DNA of 64,000 bases from Phycisphaerae bacterium (GTDB lineage Bacteria; Planctomycetota; Phycisphaerae; UBA1845; Fen-1342): contig CAXXWX010000006.1 in NCBI GenBank assembly GCA_963675745.2, positions 1-64,000 of the forward strand. Direction: 5' to 3'. Made by a program: the position numbers and the translations under genes. This document shows, piece by piece, positions 40,431 through 48,982 of the stretch. A model generated the notes under the pieces. That model was not told where the DNA came from, did not search any database, and saw only the letters and a program-made list of their open reading frames with translations. How positions within the stretch are numbered: position 1 is the stretch's first letter; every line of letters begins with the position of its first letter.

Positions 40431-41011
40431 GACGGGGTCCCCGATGGAGCAACCGTCGCGTCTGTCAGCAGATACAGCCGCAGGACCAGTGAAATACTGG
40501 GCGTTTGCGATTCATCATCGCCTTGACGGACGAGTGAATACTCGCGGATCGAGTGGTAAGGCTGCCGCCTGGCCAGTACATCCAGGAAACTGATCAGCGT
40601 GCGCATGTCGCCCCGTGCTTCGATGTGTACATCGGTGGCCAGATATTCATCCACCACCTCCGCGGGCCTCGGCAGCACGCTTTTGATTTCCAGCCCCACG
40701 GCGGCCGCGTGCTCGAGGACGGCGCCGAGGATGGTATTCAGATTGGCGGCGGATGGGGCGTTGCTCAGCTCCACGGCGACAACTTCACGCAGGCGGCGTG
40801 TCTCGTCGCTCAGCATCGTCAGACGCGCCGAAGTAATGTCCACGTGCGCCTGGGTGGTGGTGACGGCGTCGGCCACAGCGCGCATTTCACGCGCCTGACT
40901 CTGCTGGGGATGAACCAGCCCGACATACGTGGCGACGGCCATCACGCCGATAATCACGCAGGCCCACACATCCACGTCGTGAAATCGACGCGCGCGATGC
41001 CTGTTGCTCAT
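40427..41011 (-). CDS. PilO-like protein
   Basis: TM plus coiled coil, GLEIKSV, ARGD...LISFL; gene order. Confidence 0.7.
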   Translation of the reverse strand: MSNRHRARRFHDVDVWACVIIGVMAVATYVGLVHPQQSQAREMRAVADAVTTTQAHVDITSARLTMLSDETRRLREVVAVELSNAPSAANLNTILGAVLEHAAAVGLEIKSVLPRPAEVVDEYLATDVHIEARGDMRTLISFLDVLARRQPYHSIREYSLVRQGDDESQTPSISLVLRLYLLTDATVAPSGTPS

Positions 41012-41586
41012 GGCGCCACCTCCTCCAGTGGATCACACTGAAGTTGAAACGCGACGGCCACACCCGCGCGATACGGCTCACGTGTGGCACGCACGAGATT
41101 GACTTGCCGCCATTCGGATGTGTCTTGCATCGCGCGCATCATGCTGTCGAGTTCATGGTGATCCAGAGCGTGGCCGGTAACCGTTGCCGAGCGCGGCTGG
41201 GTACCGTCCGTGCCGCGTGCCATGGACACCCCGCGAACCTGGTCGAGGACGACACCCTCGGGCGTCAACTGCGCCAAGGTCAACAGACGCTGTGGCACCG
41301 GGTGCGTGCGGCGCAGACCTATCAAGGCGCCGGCCGCGGTGACGATTTCGTCATGGTCCGCCTGCGCGCTGCTGAGCTGCGCCGCCCTGTCCGCCTGGGT
41401 CTGCTGCGCCTCGGATAGTCGTGTCATCAATTGCCGCGCGGTGTGCAGCGTGTGCAGATAGTGTATCCCGGCGCAGGCCATCAGCGCACACATGCCAAGC
41501 CCCACACCCAGCCACATCTTCATGTGTGTTCGGCGGGACTGGGCGTCGAGGCAGTCAATCGGAATGAGGTTAACCACGTCCATCAC
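41008..41586 (-). CDS. PilN-like protein
   Basis: N-terminal VNLIP motif, TM, coiled coil, PEGVVL, VTGHA. Confidence 0.8.
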   Translation of the reverse strand: MMDVVNLIPIDCLDAQSRRTHMKMWLGVGLGMCALMACAGIHYLHTLHTARQLMTRLSEAQQTQADRAAQLSSAQADHDEIVTAAGALIGLRRTHPVPQRLLTLAQLTPEGVVLDQVRGVSMARGTDGTQPRSATVTGHALDHHELDSMMRAMQDTSEWRQVNLVRATREPYRAGVAVAFQLQCDPLEEVAP

Positions 41587-42689
41587 CGCGCCTCCAGATC
41601 CTGAATAGCGCCACCAAGGGCGGCGACGGCCTCAGTACCGATTGTGCGACCGCATACACCGGCCTCGACGGCAATGGGCGTGGTGTTGATGTCAAGCTCG
41701 CGTTGCATGTGTTCGCACAGCCCCGACAGATTCGCGCCCCCGCCGGCTAGAAACACGGCACCGACGCTGCACTCCGGATAGCTCTCCAGCACGTACGTGA
41801 GGCACAGCCGCGTGTCACGGACCAGGTGCTCGCTGGGTTCACGCAACGCCTTGTATACCGCCGTGGAGACATCCTCCGCGTTTTCCACCGCCATCGCACC
41901 GGGGCCGTTCGGCGCGGCGACGGCGGCGGCCAGTTCGCTGCCGCGCTTGAGCTGCTCGGCCTGGTCGTATGGCATATCGAATGCCTCGGCGATACGACGC
42001 GTACAGTGGTGTGCCCCGGTAGCCAGCGTACGGATGTACACCGGCACCTCGCCGACCAGAACAGTGATCACGGCGCGCCGCCAGCCAACGTCGACAACCG
42101 CCCAGACGTCACTCGCTTCGGGGTGATACTGTCGCATGGCGGCTTGCGCCAACGCCCGCGGTGTTACGTTGATGCGCTGCAAGAGAAACCCACGCTCGGC
42201 AAACTCGCCCACCCACCGCCGGGCGGCGGATGTCGGCAGGGCCACCGCCATGACGTTGAGTCCCTCGCGATGGCGCGGCGGCAGGGGCCAGTAGCGCACC
42301 TCCATATCGTTCGCCTCGGTACGCGTCTCGCGCGCGATTTCCCAGGCGAGAGCCTCCTCGATCTTCGCGGGGGCATAACTGAGGATCTTGGCCGGCAGCC
42401 GCACGGCATGGAAAGTCACCTCGGGCGGCGACAGCACCAGCGTGGCGCGCCGCCCGGCGAACCGGCCCTGAGTTGCCAGACGCGTCAGGCGATCCACATT
42501 CAGCTCGAGCTTGTGCGACTCGTCCGTTGACGGGTCGGGACGCAGTTCGATATTGAGTGCGTCATGCACCGCGAATCCGCCGCGGCGGCGCTTGACCTGG
42601 CAGGCGCGTATACTCGCCGCGCCCACGTCAAAGGCGATCGCCGATGTTCCTGATAGTGACCACGCGCACATGGCAGTTGATCTCCGCAA
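41583..42689 (-). CDS. pilM: PilM-like actin-fold protein
   Basis: AFDVGAASIR, VVDVG, AEQLK, VFLAGGGANL. Start uncertain (42689 or 42671). Confidence 0.85.
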   Translation of the reverse strand: MRRSTAMCAWSLSGTSAIAFDVGAASIRACQVKRRRGGFAVHDALNIELRPDPSTDESHKLELNVDRLTRLATQGRFAGRRATLVLSPPEVTFHAVRLPAKILSYAPAKIEEALAWEIARETRTEANDMEVRYWPLPPRHREGLNVMAVALPTSAARRWVGEFAERGFLLQRINVTPRALAQAAMRQYHPEASDVWAVVDVGWRRAVITVLVGEVPVYIRTLATGAHHCTRRIAEAFDMPYDQAEQLKRGSELAAAVAAPNGPGAMAVENAEDVSTAVYKALREPSEHLVRDTRLCLTYVLESYPECSVGAVFLAGGGANLSGLCEHMQRELDINTTPIAVEAGVCGRTIGTEAVAALGGAIQDLEAR

Positions 42690-42703
42690 CTGGCGCTCAG
42701 CGC

Positions 42704-43921
42704 TTAACCGGCCCCGGCCGCGATATCGAACAGCGGCAGAAACAGTGACATTGCCACCAGACCGACCACCACACCCATCACCGCCAGCATCAGCGGTTCA
42801 ACCAGGCGTGTGATGCCGGCGACCAATTGGGTGTTCTCGTCGTCGACCCACTGCGATACGAAATCGACCGCCTCGGAAAGCCGCCCGTTTTCTTCCCCCG
42901 TTGTGATCGCGGAAGCAATGATCGGGTCCACGTATTCAGAGTCAGCCAGCACGGCGCCGATCGATCCACCGGATGAGATGGACTCACGCACCTTGTCAAG
43001 CAGGCTTACAAAAACCTGGTTCGAGGCGGCGCCGCGCGACTGTTCAATCGCGTCCAGCAGCGGGACATTTGAGCGCAGCAGGGCCGCCCAGACCCGCAGC
43101 ACCTGGCCGGCCTGGAGGCGGCTCAGCAGGTGGCCGACCAGTGGCAGGCTTAGCAGCAATGGATCAAGGTGTTGACGGATCGCGGGTCGGCGCAGCGTAA
43201 CAATGATGATCACGAGGGCCAATGCGAACAGTATCACCAGCACCAACCAATACGCCCGCAGGAGATCTGAGGCGGCGAACATGACCTCGGTACTGAAGGG
43301 CAGCGCGGTCTGCAAACTCTCAAACAACATGCGAAAGCGGGGCACGACAAACCCGATCATGAGTCCGATCACGCCGATACACATCGTGCACAACACGACC
43401 GGGTAAAGCAGCGCGCCAATCACCGCCTTGCGCGTCTGGCGTTGCCGGTATGTAAGAGTCGATAACCTGTCAAAAGACTGCGGCAGAGTCGCCGTCGCCT
43501 CACCGGCGGCGATCATGCTGCAAAACACCGGGGAGAACACATCGGGGTGGTCACGCATCACTTCGGTGAGCGTCCCGCCGCCTTCAACGTGGTCGTGGAT
43601 ACTGCGGATCAGCGAGCGGAAAGCCGGCCTCTGAATCGGTTTGCTGACGGCATCGAGGGCCGGTACCAGGGCGGTGCCGGACTCGAGCAGCATCTTCATC
43701 TGCCGGGCGAACAGCAGTATGTCCTGTGTTCGCGGTCCGCGTTTGAGGCCGAGCGCGGGTGCATCGCCCCCCGCATCCCCTTTGCCGGCCTGTTCCAGAC
43801 GCATCACGAGCAAGCCGCGTTGGCGCAGCTCGTCCGCCGCGTCCTGCTGGCTGTCAGCATTGATCGCGTCGGTGACCAGTCCGCCACCATGGCTCATCGC
43901 TTCGTACTTGAACTGCGCCAT
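42704..43921 (-). CDS. Platform protein PilC/GspF
   Basis: MAQFKYEA, FARQM, AGEATA, LLYP, GEENGRL, LVEP, LFLPLF. Confidence 0.93.
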   Translation of the reverse strand: MAQFKYEAMSHGGGLVTDAINADSQQDAADELRQRGLLVMRLEQAGKGDAGGDAPALGLKRGPRTQDILLFARQMKMLLESGTALVPALDAVSKPIQRPAFRSLIRSIHDHVEGGGTLTEVMRDHPDVFSPVFCSMIAAGEATATLPQSFDRLSTLTYRQRQTRKAVIGALLYPVVLCTMCIGVIGLMIGFVVPRFRMLFESLQTALPFSTEVMFAASDLLRAYWLVLVILFALALVIIIVTLRRPAIRQHLDPLLLSLPLVGHLLSRLQAGQVLRVWAALLRSNVPLLDAIEQSRGAASNQVFVSLLDKVRESISSGGSIGAVLADSEYVDPIIASAITTGEENGRLSEAVDFVSQWVDDENTQLVAGITRLVEPLMLAVMGVVVGLVAMSLFLPLFDIAAGAG

Positions 43922-43933
43922 CGTTCCTCTGCG

Positions 43934-45688
43934 CTATGCAATTGCCGGGATCGGTTGCTGCACCTCGGCCCGTGTGCGGTTTTCAGCTTCGGCGTGCGTC
44001 ACGCGCAGCACTTCCTCCAACGTTGAGCGGCCGTCGATGACCAACTGCAAGCCTTCCTCGCGCAGCGGCCGCCAGCCGTGCCGGCGAACGACCTGGATCA
44101 GCCCGGACTCATCTGTCAGCGAATGGATCGCGGTGCGTACCTCGTCACTGACTTCGATGATTTCGAAAATTCCCAGGCGGCCGCGATATCCGCTGTCGTG
44201 GCAGTGTTTGCAACCCTCACCCTTGTAGCACACGCGATCGGGCTCATCCGCCCAGCCGGCGTCGCGCAATACCGCCTCGGACGGGTAGTACGACGTGCGA
44301 CATTGCGGGCAGATCGTGCGGGCCAGGCGTTGCGCAACAACCCCATTGAAGGCCGAGGCCAACAGGTAGCTCTCGATACCCATATCCGACAGGCGCACAA
44401 ACGCCCCGGGCGCGTTGTTGGTGTGCAGCGTCGACATCACCAGGTGACCGGTCAGCGCGGCCTGGATCGCAACGCGCGCGGTGGGCTCATCGCGTATTTC
44501 GCCGACCATCACCACATCGGGATCCTGTCGCAGAATCGAGCGCAAGGCGCGCGCGAAGGTCATCCCGATCGTGTCGTTGACCTGGATCTGGTTGATCAGA
44601 TCGAGCTGATACTCCACCGGGTCCTCGATGGTCACTATGTTCTTCTCGGGGGTGGCGAGTAGATCAAGAACCGAGTAGAGCGTGGTGGTCTTGCCGCTGC
44701 CGGTGGGACCGGTGACCAGCACAATGCCGTGCGGCTTCTGGATGATGCGCCGGAACGATTCGAACTGGTCAGCGCTCATCCCCAACATATCAAGCGAGAC
44801 CCGCAGCGCCGACTTATCGAGGATTCGCAAGACGATCTTCTCACCAACCAGCGTCGGCATCGAGGAAACGCGCAGATCGACGTCGCGCCCCTCGGCGACC
44901 ACGTGAACACGCCCTTCCTGGGGCAGACGCCGCTCGGCAATGTCCATCTTGCCAATGACCTTAATGCGCGAGATCACGGCGGCGTGCATCCCGGGCGGCG
45001 CGCTCATCAGCTCGCGCAGGCGCCCATCAATACGATAGCGAATGCGCGTGGATGACTTGGTCGGCTCAACGTGAATGTCACTGGCCCCGTCGCGAATCGC
45101 CGTCAGCACGGCGAGGTTGACCAGGTTGACCACCGGGCTGCCCTCGACCATGCGAGTCAGCTCGTGGGCCGGCTGTTCGTCAACCGTCTCGTTCTCGATG
45201 ACTTCGACGTTGGCCTCGGTCAGCGAGACGAGAAACGAGTCTATATCGACCTGCTCTCCGAGGTACTTCTCCTGGAACTCCTCGATGTTGCTCGGCAGGC
45301 TGAGCACCGAATTGATCTCACAGCCGGTAAGCCGCGTGAGCTGATCAATCGCGCGCAGCGACTGCGGTTCGGTCATGGCGACCGTCAGCCGATTGCCGAC
45401 CTTGAAGAGCGGCAGCGCCTTGAGGCGGGCGGCTTCCTCGTAGCTGAGCAGCCGGGCGACCTCGGGGTCGATCAGACCATGCCGCAGATAACAGGCGCGC
45501 ACGTGCAGGTGGTTGGCCAGCGCGCCCAACAGGGCCGTCGGGGAGAGCAGCTTCAGTTCGACGAGCGTCTCGCCCAGGCGCTTGTTATCACTGCCCTGGT
45601 GCTTGAGGGCGCGCTGCAGGTCGGCCTCGTCGATCAGGCCTTGTTCGATCAGCGTATTGCCAAGTTTGTTGCCGCGTTTCAGGCTCAT
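43934..45688 (-). CDS. Assembly ATPase PilB/GspE with N-terminal MshEN domain
   Basis: ASDIHVEP, ERRLPQEG, GPTGSGKTTT, TIEDPVE, LRQDPD, LTGHLV, CPQC...CKHC; tandem (K/R)LG motifs at the N-terminus. Confidence 0.95.
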   Translation of the reverse strand: MSLKRGNKLGNTLIEQGLIDEADLQRALKHQGSDNKRLGETLVELKLLSPTALLGALANHLHVRACYLRHGLIDPEVARLLSYEEAARLKALPLFKVGNRLTVAMTEPQSLRAIDQLTRLTGCEINSVLSLPSNIEEFQEKYLGEQVDIDSFLVSLTEANVEVIENETVDEQPAHELTRMVEGSPVVNLVNLAVLTAIRDGASDIHVEPTKSSTRIRYRIDGRLRELMSAPPGMHAAVISRIKVIGKMDIAERRLPQEGRVHVVAEGRDVDLRVSSMPTLVGEKIVLRILDKSALRVSLDMLGMSADQFESFRRIIQKPHGIVLVTGPTGSGKTTTLYSVLDLLATPEKNIVTIEDPVEYQLDLINQIQVNDTIGMTFARALRSILRQDPDVVMVGEIRDEPTARVAIQAALTGHLVMSTLHTNNAPGAFVRLSDMGIESYLLASAFNGVVAQRLARTICPQCRTSYYPSEAVLRDAGWADEPDRVCYKGEGCKHCHDSGYRGRLGIFEIIEVSDEVRTAIHSLTDESGLIQVVRRHGWRPLREEGLQLVIDGRSTLEEVLRVTHAEAENRTRAEVQQPIPAIA

Positions 45689-45692
45689 CAAT

Positions 45693-46028
45693 CTACTGCT
45701 TGTAGCTGCGGATCGCGTTGTCGACCGTATCGAACACATCCAGATGCGTGAGCACGTCGGTGAGAGCAAGTGCCTCGCGACAGGTTTCATCAAGCTGGGC
45801 CAGGCGCGGGCGGTTAAACGCATCAACCGTGCCGCAGATATCCAGCAGCGTCTCAATGCCGCCACTGTCAACAAAGGGCACCTGAGTCATGTCGAGCACG
45901 ACGCGCCCTTCCTTGGCGGACACTGTTTCGTCAACGGTCGCCCGAAAGTCGCCCAGCTCGTCGCGCGTCAGCGGCCCGTGCGGCACCACCACGGCGACCG
46001 TGCCATGCGACTGAACGTCGATCTTCAT
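45693..46028 (-). CDS. STAS-domain (anti-sigma-antagonist-like) protein
   Basis: VVLDMTQVPFVDSGGI with the conserved Ser; 111 aa. Confidence 0.88.
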   Translation of the reverse strand: MKIDVQSHGTVAVVVPHGPLTRDELGDFRATVDETVSAKEGRVVLDMTQVPFVDSGGIETLLDICGTVDAFNRPRLAQLDETCREALALTDVLTHLDVFDTVDNAIRSYKQ

Positions 46029-47299
46029 CAGTCCGCTCCCGCCACAAGTTGGTCTTCGGTGGGCGCTGCGATTCGCTCACCGCGACGGCGCGCCGACTCT
46101 ATCGCGTCAAAGGCCTCCACCAGCAGCATGTCAAACGGCTTCGCGCCGGCGATGCCGGCGACCAGGCCGAGGCGCACTTGCACGTTTCCAGTACCCTCGC
46201 CGGCGCCGGCGATGGCCTGCTCGACACCCCTCAGCAGTTTCTGGGCGATGATCACGCCGAGCCCGCGATCAAGTCGACGCAGCACCATCACGAACCGATC
46301 GTCGGAGAAGCGCCCCACAATGTCATCGCTGCGAACGCGCTTCGACAGTTCACGGCCCGTGTGCTCAACCAGGGCGTCACGCGACGGCCAGAACCCGTGA
46401 TCATCAAGTCCGCGCAGACCTTCCAGGGCCAGCACCGCGACAACAACGGGCTCCTCATCTCCCTCTGGATCAGCCATGATCGTGGCGGCCTGTTCAAAGA
46501 AATCTTCGCGTGTCAATACTCCCGACGCCTTGTCGGTCACGCGGGCACGATCAAGCTCGGTGTCACGCTGTACGTTCAGCCAGAACACACTGATGATCGA
46601 CAATACCGTTTCACACAGATGGCGCTCATGGGCGCTCTTCTGCGGCAGGGCCGCGATCGTGATCAGGCCGACCGTCGTGTTGCGCGCGCGAACCGGCCAG
46701 ACAACCTGCCACTGCCGGTCCGGCTCTGTCGGCGCGTCCGTGTGTAAGATCGGCCTCCCGGTGCGTGCGACCATGCCGAGCACATCATCGTGCAGCTCGG
46801 CACAACACTCGCCGCCGTCGTCCGTATCAGAACGCCCGCTGTCCAATGCCGACAACGGGCAAAAGACGCCGTCGCGATTGCCCGGCCGCAGACAACGCGC
46901 TTTCGTGGCCTGCACGTAGTTGTCCAGCGTTTCCCTGACGAACTGGTCAAACGCCGGCCAGACATGCTGATCACTCGGCGCTTCGGCGTGCCACTTGGAG
47001 AAGTCCGCCACCAGACGCCGCGCAAGCGCGTTCTCGTCGATGGTGGCGTCATCGGCCGGATCACTGAGCGGCAGGGGTGCCGGCAACACCGAGCGCGACT
47101 CGCCTGAGAGCCGTGCGTTGGCGATTGCGAAGACGCCCGCGCCGAGTATTGCGTATCCCGCCACGGCGCCGCCGGTCAATATCAGCAGGTCAAAGGACGG
47201 CCACCATGTCGGCAGACTGAGTACGTGATAGGATGCCAGGATCAGCACGCCGCCGCCGATCAACCACAGTCCCGTGCCGGCTCTGCGCGAGCTTCTCAT
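46028..47299 (-). CDS. Membrane GAF-like plus degenerate GGDEF protein
   Basis: Two TMs; TDKASGVLTR wide turn; RSDDIVGRF-SDDRF replaces GGDEF. Confidence 0.8.
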   Translation of the reverse strand: MRSSRRAGTGLWLIGGGVLILASYHVLSLPTWWPSFDLLILTGGAVAGYAILGAGVFAIANARLSGESRSVLPAPLPLSDPADDATIDENALARRLVADFSKWHAEAPSDQHVWPAFDQFVRETLDNYVQATKARCLRPGNRDGVFCPLSALDSGRSDTDDGGECCAELHDDVLGMVARTGRPILHTDAPTEPDRQWQVVWPVRARNTTVGLITIAALPQKSAHERHLCETVLSIISVFWLNVQRDTELDRARVTDKASGVLTREDFFEQAATIMADPEGDEEPVVVAVLALEGLRGLDDHGFWPSRDALVEHTGRELSKRVRSDDIVGRFSDDRFVMVLRRLDRGLGVIIAQKLLRGVEQAIAGAGEGTGNVQVRLGLVAGIAGAKPFDMLLVEAFDAIESARRRGERIAAPTEDQLVAGAD

Positions 47300-48546
47300 G
47301 GTTCGCCCCCTTCCGTTGACGGGAACATCTCCGCATACATGTCGGGATGTTCGGCGCGGAATCGCGCGAATGTCGCCATGAAGGCGTCCACAATGAGCGG
47401 ATCGAGCGTGTTACCGGCGAGCTCCTTTACGATTTCCAGCGACCGTTCGACGGAGAATGCCTGCCGGTACGAACGTGTCGAGCTGAGCGCATCGAACACG
47501 TCGACCACGTGGATGATGCTGGCGAACTGCGTGATCTCTGAACGTGACAGCCCATCGGGATAGCCGGAGCCATCCGGGTTCTCGTGATGATGCAGAACGC
47601 CGTCGAGGATCGGCTGCAGGCTCTCGATCGGTTTGAGAATCTCGTATCCCATGCGCGGGTGCTTCTTGATCTCATCGTATTCTTCGGTCGAGAGTTTCCC
47701 GGGCTTGTTGAGCACGTCCTCGCGGACGCCAATCTTCCCAATGTCGTGGAGCAGGCCCGACCACTCGATCTGGTCGAGCTGCTCGGCGGGCAGGCCGAGA
47801 TGCACGCCGGTCAGACGTGACATGAACCCGACACGTTCGGAGTGGCCGGAAGTGTAGTGGTCCTTCTTGTCGATCGCCGAGACCAATGCGCGTGTGGCCT
47901 CGATAGACATGCGCCGCAACTGCGTGTGCAATTGACTGTTGTTGATAAGGTTGCCGCCAAACGTCAGCAGCGCTTCCGCCATTTGCAGATCGCCGGAAAC
48001 AAACTCGGGCGCATCGGGTGGTCGCGTGGCCAGCACCAGGTCGTACGGCTCGGTCAGCCGCGGCAGCGGACAGATCAGGCAGTGGCCGTCCGGCATCTGG
48101 CGCACCGTGATCTTCTGGTGCTGAAAGGCATCGTGCATGACCGCTTGCCAGCCGTCACTGTATGTCTCGTGCCAGGTACCATCGACCACCCTGCCAGCTT
48201 GCACATCGTGGCGTCGCAGCGCGCCGTCGTGACTGACCGTGTCAAGCGTGCTCACCCTAAGCAGCTTGGCGATGCGGCGGAGGAGCAACCGCTCGAGTTC
48301 TTCCGGCCGTGTGACTCCTGCGATCTCCTTCGTGAAGTCGAACAAGAGGCTCAGTTGCTCGTAATTCTTGAGCACTTCCTCGGCCAATTGAACATTCTCA
48401 CTCAGGGCACCTTGCAGTTCGGCTGCGGTTGTCGCCGCGGCATTCAGCGCGCCAAACACCGCCGGAGGGCCCGGTGCTTGGCTCTCTGATACCGCCTCAT
48501 TCGCCGGCTGGGAGCACGGAATTGGTTCGAATGGGTCCATATGCAT
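47296..48546 (-). CDS. HD-GYP cyclic-dinucleotide phosphodiesterase
   Basis: KDHYTSGHSERV, LLHDIGKIG, HHENPDGSGYPDGL, VVDVFDAL...RSYR. Confidence 0.93.
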   Translation of the reverse strand: MHMDPFEPIPCSQPANEAVSESQAPGPPAVFGALNAAATTAAELQGALSENVQLAEEVLKNYEQLSLLFDFTKEIAGVTRPEELERLLLRRIAKLLRVSTLDTVSHDGALRRHDVQAGRVVDGTWHETYSDGWQAVMHDAFQHQKITVRQMPDGHCLICPLPRLTEPYDLVLATRPPDAPEFVSGDLQMAEALLTFGGNLINNSQLHTQLRRMSIEATRALVSAIDKKDHYTSGHSERVGFMSRLTGVHLGLPAEQLDQIEWSGLLHDIGKIGVREDVLNKPGKLSTEEYDEIKKHPRMGYEILKPIESLQPILDGVLHHHENPDGSGYPDGLSRSEITQFASIIHVVDVFDALSSTRSYRQAFSVERSLEIVKELAGNTLDPLIVDAFMATFARFRAEHPDMYAEMFPSTEGGEP

Positions 48547-48586
48547 TGTCCTCAAAACAACTGCAAACAGCGGGCGCAGGCACCAC

Positions 48587-48973
48587 CTACGGCAGCGCCT
48601 GCTCCGTCGAATCCGCTTCCATCTGGCTGATCAGATCCGCCAGGTTGGTCGGACTGAACGGCTTGGGTATCACGTGTACACCGCGAGTAGCGAGCGTCTC
48701 GCCGATTTCCCGGTGGTCCCAACGATTGGTCAGCACGACGATGCCGCGCGGTTGCACGGGATCATTACGTAGCGCTTCGAGCAGCTCGATCCCGTCCATC
48801 ACCGGCATGTTGACATCGGTAACCAGGATGTCGGGTATGTGCGTCCGGATGAGCTCCAGGGCCAGTTGCCCGTTCCACGCTTCGAAAACCGTATGTCCCT
48901 GGCGCGTGAGCCACAGCGAAATCACGCGCAGGATATGAGCGTCATCCTCGGCAATCACAATTCGGCAGGCCAT
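48587..48973 (-). CDS. Single-domain response regulator
   Basis: IAEDD, LVTDVNMP, VLT, KPF. Confidence 0.92.
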   Translation of the reverse strand: MACRIVIAEDDAHILRVISLWLTRQGHTVFEAWNGQLALELIRTHIPDILVTDVNMPVMDGIELLEALRNDPVQPRGIVVLTNRWDHREIGETLATRGVHVIPKPFSPTNLADLISQMEADSTEQALP

Positions 48974-48982
48974 GCCAGTCTC

